Positions 58,354-64,000 of a stretch of 64,000 nt of DNA are shown one piece after another. Location: assembly GCA_019057475.1 (NCBI GenBank), contig DXJO01000010.1, forward strand, positions 224,001-288,000. Direction: 5' to 3'. Numbering within the stretch: position 1 is the first letter of the stretch; each line of letters begins with the position of its first letter. The stretch is from Candidatus Thorarchaeota archaeon. Lineage in GTDB: Archaea; Asgardarchaeota; Thorarchaeia; Thorarchaeales; Thorarchaeaceae. Under the pieces are notes generated by a model. The model was not told the origin of the DNA and made no database searches. It saw only the letters and a list, made by a program, of their open reading frames with translations. The position numbers were made by a program, and so were the translations under genes.

Positions 58354-59064
58354 TCAGCCCGTTATTACAGAGTCAGGATCCTTGGTCAACTTCTTGAATA
58401 GTTTCTTGCTGTAAAATGGCGCATGACGATTAAGACAGATAACAACTCCACATCTTGAACAGATGTACTTGATGACATCAGAAAATTCAGGATCCTTCCC
58501 TACCTGCTTCTGAAATTCATCCCAGGATCCTTTGAAGAAGACTGCTCTCTTGGCGGCGTTCTGAGTCAATGTCAGGTGGAGTTGCTTCAGAAAGAGCTCA
58601 GTTCCCCTTGGCCCCCTGTACATATGCTCAATGAGGTTCATTACCTTGGCTAGCTCGCAGGAAATTTCGTAGTAGCGTGGTTCCCATGGCCTCTCCAGTT
58701 TATCCTCAATAACCCCCACTTCCCACATCTCGAAGGCTTCTAGACCAGGTTTCTTATCATGCAATAACAACCTCTCTACGATCTTTCCGCCTTTCTTTTC
58801 CTCACCGTATCTTACTGTCACGCCTCGTGGGACATGTGTGGGTCTGCCGCAGAATGCATACCAGCCGCCCACTGACTCTCCCTTGATTGAATCTCTCACA
58901 GCCTTCGCTCGTTTCACATCCCGGTCAATTTCATGAGCGGGAACCCAGATTGCATGGGTTGCACATCGGGCAGTGCCACAGATTGCACACGGGTAAATCT
59001 TCCCTGGAGTCTTCGCACCGTAACGTTTACATTCTGCACATTCAGACACAATTCTCCCATCCAA
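58354..59064 (-). CDS. hypothetical Cys/His-rich (zinc-binding) protein
   Basis: CAEC, CAIC..CATH, C..H, CSRC..C..H. Confidence 0.7.
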   Translation of the reverse strand: MDGRIVSECAECKRYGAKTPGKIYPCAICGTARCATHAIWVPAHEIDRDVKRAKAVRDSIKGESVGGWYAFCGRPTHVPRGVTVRYGEEKKGGKIVERLLLHDKKPGLEAFEMWEVGVIEDKLERPWEPRYYEISCELAKVMNLIEHMYRGPRGTELFLKQLHLTLTQNAAKRAVFFKGSWDEFQKQVGKDPEFSDVIKYICSRCGVVICLNRHAPFYSKKLFKKLTKDPDSVITG

Positions 59065-59139
59065 TACATCTGTCTATGATTGCGAAACAATGACTCAGTT
59101 GCTACCGTTATGTGTTTCTGTTGACTGGAGACTCCAACC

Positions 59140-60726
59140 ATGGCGCATGAAGTTCACACCTCGGACTACCTTGTCATCGGTAGTGGCATCTCAGGCCTTC
59201 TATTCTCACTGAAAGCTGCCAAGACCGGCAAGGTCAATCTCATCACAAAGCGTGCATTAACAGATTCTGCCACGTGGAGAGCTCAAGGTGGAATTGCCGC
59301 CGTTGTGTCTCCAAAGGACTCCTTCGAGCTTCATATCGAAGATACAATCAAGGCCGGGGCAGGGTTATGTCATCGGGATATCGTAGAGAAATTCGTTCGT
59401 GATGGTCCTGCAAGAATTAAGGAACTAGCAGAATACGGAGTTGCGTTCTGCAAGAACGAAGATTCCGATGAATACGAATTGCATCTCGAAGGTGGACATA
59501 GCAAGCGGAGAGTTCTCCATGTCAAAGACCATACCGGTCAAGATATTGAGAGCGCACTAGTTGGGCACGTGAAGAAGAACTCTAACATCAAAATCTTTGA
59601 GGACCACATTGCAGTTAATCTCTACGTCAAGAGTAATCGGGTTGTAGGAGCCTATGTTCTGGATGCGAATGAGTGTGTCGTGAAGCGATTCACCGCGAAA
59701 TCTACGATTCTTGCAACAGGAGGTGCTGGGAGGGTCTTTCTCTACACGAGCAATCCTGATGTTGCTACGGGCGATGGCATAGCAATGGCGTACCGAGCTG
59801 GGGCTACCATAGCGAACCTAGAATTCTTCCAGTGGCATCCAACTATTCTTTATCACCGCAAGATCAGGTCGTTCCTAATCACTGAGGCCATGCGAGGCGA
59901 GGGAGCGTTACTGCTGGGGCCGGATGGGAAGCGATTCATGCCCGAGTACCATCCTGATGCGGAGCTCGCTCCACGAGACATTGTAGCGAGAGCGATTGAC
60001 AATGAGCTCAAACGAACAGGGGCTGATTATGTCCGGCTAGATATTTCATTCAAGGATGCTGAGTTCATCAAGGAGACGTTCCCAATCATCCACGAAACGT
60101 GCCTCCGAGCTGGTTATGACATAACCAAAGATCCCATTCCTGTGGTGCCAGCAGCTCATTACATCTGCGGAGGGATCCGTGTGGATGCCATGGGCCGGAC
60201 CGATGTTGAGGGTCTCTTTGCCATTGGAGAAACAGCTGCGACTGGTTTTCACGGTGCAAACAGAATCGCGTCCAACTCACTGCTTGAAGGTGCCGTGCTG
60301 GCGCACAATGCGGCGGAAGCGGCACAGGAAATAGTACGAAGTACAAAGAGCATTCAACAGATACCAGTATGGGATCCGGGGTACGCTACTGACCCGGACG
60401 AACTGGTTGTTGTCGCTACCCTATGGGACGAGATACGCCGCTTGATGACCAACTATGTCGGGATAGTGCGCTCAAGCAAGCGACTTCATCGTGCGAGAAA
60501 TAGGCTTGAGTTCCTGATTAAGGAAATTAATGAAGCATACTGGGATTTCATCATCACCCCTGATCTTATTGAGCTGCGAAACATTGCACAAGTCGCTGAG
60601 CTGATTGTGAAGATGGCTCGAATGCGCAAAGAGAGTCGAGGGACCCATTACAACAAGGATACCCCGGAACAGTCCGATGAGGCTGTGGATACGATTCTCA
60701 GGAAGGGCTATTCCCCCATCAGCTGA
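59140..60726 (+). CDS. nadB: L-aspartate oxidase
   Basis: GSGISG, AQGGIA, EGGHSKRRVLH, QWHPT, LITEAMRGEG, ELAPRD, PAAHY, HGANRIASNSLLEG. Confidence 0.96.
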   Translation: MAHEVHTSDYLVIGSGISGLLFSLKAAKTGKVNLITKRALTDSATWRAQGGIAAVVSPKDSFELHIEDTIKAGAGLCHRDIVEKFVRDGPARIKELAEYGVAFCKNEDSDEYELHLEGGHSKRRVLHVKDHTGQDIESALVGHVKKNSNIKIFEDHIAVNLYVKSNRVVGAYVLDANECVVKRFTAKSTILATGGAGRVFLYTSNPDVATGDGIAMAYRAGATIANLEFFQWHPTILYHRKIRSFLITEAMRGEGALLLGPDGKRFMPEYHPDAELAPRDIVARAIDNELKRTGADYVRLDISFKDAEFIKETFPIIHETCLRAGYDITKDPIPVVPAAHYICGGIRVDAMGRTDVEGLFAIGETAATGFHGANRIASNSLLEGAVLAHNAAEAAQEIVRSTKSIQQIPVWDPGYATDPDELVVVATLWDEIRRLMTNYVGIVRSSKRLHRARNRLEFLIKEINEAYWDFIITPDLIELRNIAQVAELIVKMARMRKESRGTHYNKDTPEQSDEAVDTILRKGYSPIS

Positions 60727-60746
60727 TCCTAGCTCACTCTGGAGGC

Positions 60747-61415
60747 GTGAACTTGAAGACATTCATAACTCTTGATAACGTGAAACGTAGAGAGTTACCA
60801 GAGAGCCTCCAATCCGACGATAACCGATACCCCGAGTCATTGGTCGAGCACTTCCTTGCACTGTACACAAAACCTGGTGACATTATCCTAGACATGTTCG
60901 TAGGATTCGGAACAACGCTGTTCGTCGCAGAGGAGATGGGGCGCATACCTTACGGTATCGAGTACGATGAGGAGCGATACAAGTATGTGCGCTCACACCT
61001 TGTGAACAAAAAGAACCTAAAACATGGGGATTCTCGAAAGCTCAGCACCTTCAATCTCCCTGAGATCGATTTTTCCATGACATCGCCTCCCTATATGATG
61101 AAAGAGCACGCAGAGAACCCATTGACGGCCTATACGCAACCGGGGACCTATCATCGGTATCTTGACGAACTGCAAGCGGTCTTCACCCAGCTGAAGCCAA
61201 TGCTCAAACGGGATGCGTACGTGATTGTGGAGGTTTCCAACCTTAGAGGAAACGGGGTTACCACGCTCGCTTGGGATGTGGGACGAGCATTGTCGCGAGT
61301 CCTGCGGTTCGAAGGCGAGGTCGTGATTGGCTGGACGGGCGAGGATGAGGGAGAAGGGACTTACGGACACGGATATGACCATAGCTACTGCCTTGTCTTC
61401 ACTAACAATGAATGA
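60747..61415 (+). CDS. small SAM-dependent amino-methyltransferase (N4-C/N6-A family)
   Basis: LDMFVGFGTT motif I and TSPPY catalytic motif. Confidence 0.8.
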   Translation: MNLKTFITLDNVKRRELPESLQSDDNRYPESLVEHFLALYTKPGDIILDMFVGFGTTLFVAEEMGRIPYGIEYDEERYKYVRSHLVNKKNLKHGDSRKLSTFNLPEIDFSMTSPPYMMKEHAENPLTAYTQPGTYHRYLDELQAVFTQLKPMLKRDAYVIVEVSNLRGNGVTTLAWDVGRALSRVLRFEGEVVIGWTGEDEGEGTYGHGYDHSYCLVFTNNE

Positions 61416-61453
61416 CGGAAATCCGGGATAACTCGGACCTATACTTAGCATGC

Positions 61454-61951
61454 CTAACGTCGGCGCCGTCGGTAACCGCTATTGTAACTTCTGTAGCCGC
61501 TGCGGCTATTGTATCCTCCGTAACCACCACGTCTGGAGTCACGGTAGCCGTAGTTTGCATCGCGACGACGCCTGTGCGTTTCAAATTCCTCGACAGACAT
61601 GTCGATTTCCTCGTTGACTTTCTCAACCTCGGTTTTGGCCTCACTAATCTCTCCGTAGCGACCAATCTTCAAACGGAGATTGGACCGAAACAATCCGGTG
61701 TGACCGTTCTTAAGTATGTAACTTTCGCCTACTTTCACTTCTTCGATACTATCGTCCCAAAGCGGGACCGTGACTATGGCCGAGCTATCGCCTACAATGG
61801 CATCCTGTACCTTGTGCGTTTCGTTGTCACGTCTAGAGGAAACCTCTCGTACTTCTCCTTTCCCGATCACCTTGAAGGTAACCGTAACGTTCTTCATTTT
61901 CGGTCGTAATTCCAAAATATTCGTTTCTATTGGTTCTAAACCAGAATTCAT
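61454..61951 (-). CDS. ssb: single OB-fold ssDNA-binding protein (crenarchaeal SSB type) with R/G/Y-rich tail
   Basis: LRPKMKNVTVTFKV...IVGDSSA..LWD...LKIGRYG; tail RRGGYGGYNSRSGYRSY; start probably ATG 61951. Confidence 0.88.
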   Translation of the reverse strand: MNSGLEPIETNILELRPKMKNVTVTFKVIGKGEVREVSSRRDNETHKVQDAIVGDSSAIVTVPLWDDSIEEVKVGESYILKNGHTGLFRSNLRLKIGRYGEISEAKTEVEKVNEEIDMSVEEFETHRRRRDANYGYRDSRRGGYGGYNSRSGYRSYNSGYRRRRR

Positions 61952-62297
61952 ACTATCACTTTTCTCTAAATTAGCAGACTTTCGTAAATGACGCATGCTT
62001 CCAAAAGCATCGATTGTTCTCGAAATCTCCGTCTGCTATATGCACACATCATACATTGCTTTTGCAGGATTAATACGAAGACGGTGCATATAAATCATCG
62101 GCGCCAATAGCCCAAAGAAAGGTCGGTTGAATGCACATTTTTTCTAGCGACTAGGATACATCAACCAGTTCAAAGACTAGTTGGTAGGAATAATCAGGAG
62201 TTCTTGATCAAGATTCCCGCGAGTTATCATGAAATCACCAAGAACGGAGCTAATCATCGATTGTTCACGAGCATTTTCTCCGGGCCGGATTGACTTA

Positions 62298-62308
62298 CTA
62301 TTTATATG
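62298..62308 (+). promoter_or_regulatory. candidate TATA box upstream of tfb
   Basis: CTATTTATATG in the AT-rich divergent ssb/tfb intergenic region. Confidence 0.4.
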
Positions 62309-62378
62309 TCCACACCCCTATGTATAATTGGTAATGATACAATAATGACCCCTCTCGGAGTGTGTTAGCATTTGCTCG

Positions 62379-63377
62379 TTGTCGATAGCCTGCTTACATT
62401 CGGGTTCCGAGAGAAGGAGAAACGGGAAGTATTCCATGGTACAGCAAGTTGGACATCCGATTAAACAAATGAAGAACGAACGGGTTTGCACCGCCTGTGG
62501 TTGTAGGAACTTTTGCAGAGATCCGATACGTGGCGAGAGCATATGCACTTCTTGTGGTTCTGTTGTTACGGGGCACGAGTTGAACACTGGTCCTGAGTGG
62601 AGAGCATTCACGACCGAGGAGCGGAATGCAAGGTCCAGAACAGGCACACCGCCTATGCTCACAATAGCTGATAAGGGCCTTGCCACAACCATCGGACGTA
62701 GCTACGGAGATGCCGTTAGATATTGCACCAAGGGGCACGGGCGGGCAGCAATCTACAGGATGCGCAAATGGCAAATCCGAAGCTGGACGAACGGCTTGAA
62801 TCTGAGAAACCTGAACGCGGCTTTCATGGAGCTGAATAGGCTCTCGTCTCAGCTTGGTGTCCCATCTAGGATCAAGGAAACAGCAGCATTCATTTACAGG
62901 AGAGCATTAACCAAACGCATCGTTAGAGGTCGAACCATCGATGGCATGGTCGCTGCTTCAATCTATCTCTCTTGTCGTATTCATGAATCTCCAAGGCAGC
63001 TAGACGAAATCGCAGCCCAAGCGAAAGTTGAGAGAAAGAATCTTGGCCGATGTGTGAGACTCATCCTTCGGGGCGCTGACATTCGTACACCTCTACCCTC
63101 AGCAAGGAACTTTGTATCCAGAATCTCTTCAGACTTAAGCCTTGAGGGCAGAACTGTTCAAAAGGCCTTATCCATTATCGCTGGGGCCAAGAAGAAAGGA
63201 ATCACTGTCGGCAAACACCCTAGTGGGATTGCAGGTGCATCAATCTACATTGCAGGAATCGTTGAAGATGATAGACGGACTCAAAGGGAGATAGCTAATG
63301 CATCGAGAGTGACTGAGGTCACTATTCGGAATCGATACAAGGATATGGTCCGGGAACTGGGAATCATATTAGAATGA
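62379..63377 (+). CDS. tfb: transcription initiation factor IIB
   Basis: Zn ribbon CTAC..CTSC, GPEWRAF, two cyclin repeats, TQREIA..VTEVTIRNRYK; true start probably ATG 62436 or 62469. Confidence 0.95.
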   Translation: MSIACLHSGSERRRNGKYSMVQQVGHPIKQMKNERVCTACGCRNFCRDPIRGESICTSCGSVVTGHELNTGPEWRAFTTEERNARSRTGTPPMLTIADKGLATTIGRSYGDAVRYCTKGHGRAAIYRMRKWQIRSWTNGLNLRNLNAAFMELNRLSSQLGVPSRIKETAAFIYRRALTKRIVRGRTIDGMVAASIYLSCRIHESPRQLDEIAAQAKVERKNLGRCVRLILRGADIRTPLPSARNFVSRISSDLSLEGRTVQKALSIIAGAKKKGITVGKHPSGIAGASIYIAGIVEDDRRTQREIANASRVTEVTIRNRYKDMVRELGIILE

Positions 63378-63594
63378 CAGCAAGACTAATGCAGAATGAT
63401 GAGCACGCAACAGTAGACTATCCGTATGACATATATTGAGCATCCACCCTCCAATCGATTCGTCAGCTCCCACTTTCACTCTCTTGGCTTCCTTAGGAAT
63501 GGTAGTTTCGACGAACTGGCGCATGCCCGCATCTTATCGAGCATTCTTCCAACATCTTCCACTCTTCCTGATTCTCGGATGCCAGCTACTCCAG

Positions 63595-63999
63595 TCAATC
63601 CTTGACTCCCCTCATAACATTGGGAGCCAACCCTATTCCCAGCCTTTCAAGTCTCGTTTTCTCATTGATGGGGTCGTTTGTGTCGTGGTCTATAGCAAGA
63701 CACGCGCCACGGATCATGCAAGTCCTTAGCTCTCCTCTAGCAATTGGGTTGTTTTTGAGGTGGGGGGCATCCAAGACTCCAGCCCTGACAGCTCGAACGT
63801 ATGTACTTGGATCTGTCAGAGGGTCTTGGGAGCCCTCGTCACCCAAGGCAGTGATTGCACGAACAAGAAGCCGGGCCTCTCGAACCAGCTCCTCCTGTCT
63901 GTTTCTCACATCTCTGTCTTGGAGAGGATCAGGAGTACCCAACAAGCAGTTGTGTATTACCCGATTCGCAATCTTGCAGCTCTCGATTACATCTTCTGC
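63595..63999 (-). CDS. C-terminal part of an uncharacterised cobalamin-dependent (B12-binding family) protein
   Basis: Frame open to window end: AEDVIESCKIA...DPLTDP...GVLDAPHLKNNPIARG...GAC, recalled from this family. Confidence 0.6.
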   Translation of the reverse strand, partial: AEDVIESCKIANRVIHNCLLGTPDPLQDRDVRNRQEELVREARLLVRAITALGDEGSQDPLTDPSTYVRAVRAGVLDAPHLKNNPIARGELRTCMIRGACLAIDHDTNDPINEKTRLERLGIGLAPNVMRGVKD

Positions 64000-64000
64000 T

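Noticed and set aside
54998-58515. Repeat pair as a diversity-generating retroelement TR/VR
   Set aside because: Mismatches are not adenine-specific, there is an indel, and no reverse transcriptase is in the window
60747-61415. Restriction-modification or defence island
   Set aside because: No nuclease, specificity subunit or other defence gene adjacent
1-64000. tRNA, rRNA, IS or integrase genes
   Set aside because: None recognised by eye; intergenic spaces are short. tRNAscan/Infernal would be needed to exclude small RNAs

Overview
Gene-dense archaeal chromosome segment. The gene repertoire and protein style (TFB, crenarchaeal-type SSB, THF enzymes, AOR, SCP2 pairs, giant N-glycosylated surface proteins) suggest an Asgard archaeon, probably Thorarchaeia; this is inference. 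Housekeeping content: fhs-folD-ftcD folate cluster, GHMP kinase, GNATs, lipoate ligase, a low-GC tldD/pmbA pair, an ABC exporter, an AOR/Fe-ADH/NMO-FabK/PAP2/acetoacetate-decarboxylase block, two SCP2 genes, nadB, an orphan methyltransferase, ssb and tfb. The best candidate for an undescribed system is a tightly coupled 5-gene minus-strand operon (37265-52306). It encodes an ABC-2 permease; an ABC ATPase fused to two TrmB-like sugar-binding modules; a membrane-anchored subtilase/GldG(GIFT) protein whose catalytic Ser aligns to Ala; a second ATPase; and a 2258-aa Ca-binding TSP3-repeat surface protein with a cytoplasmic beta-sandwich. It is divergent from a glycoside-hydrolase-like gene. Other highlights are a 2308-aa propeller/Ig/7-TM receptor-like protein, an array of 18-bp palindromic operators around a TATA box (28533-28645), and a degraded direct repeat flanking an SBBP surface-protein gene. 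No rRNA, tRNA, CRISPR array or transposase was recognised. All family assignments are from motif recognition by eye; no searches were run.
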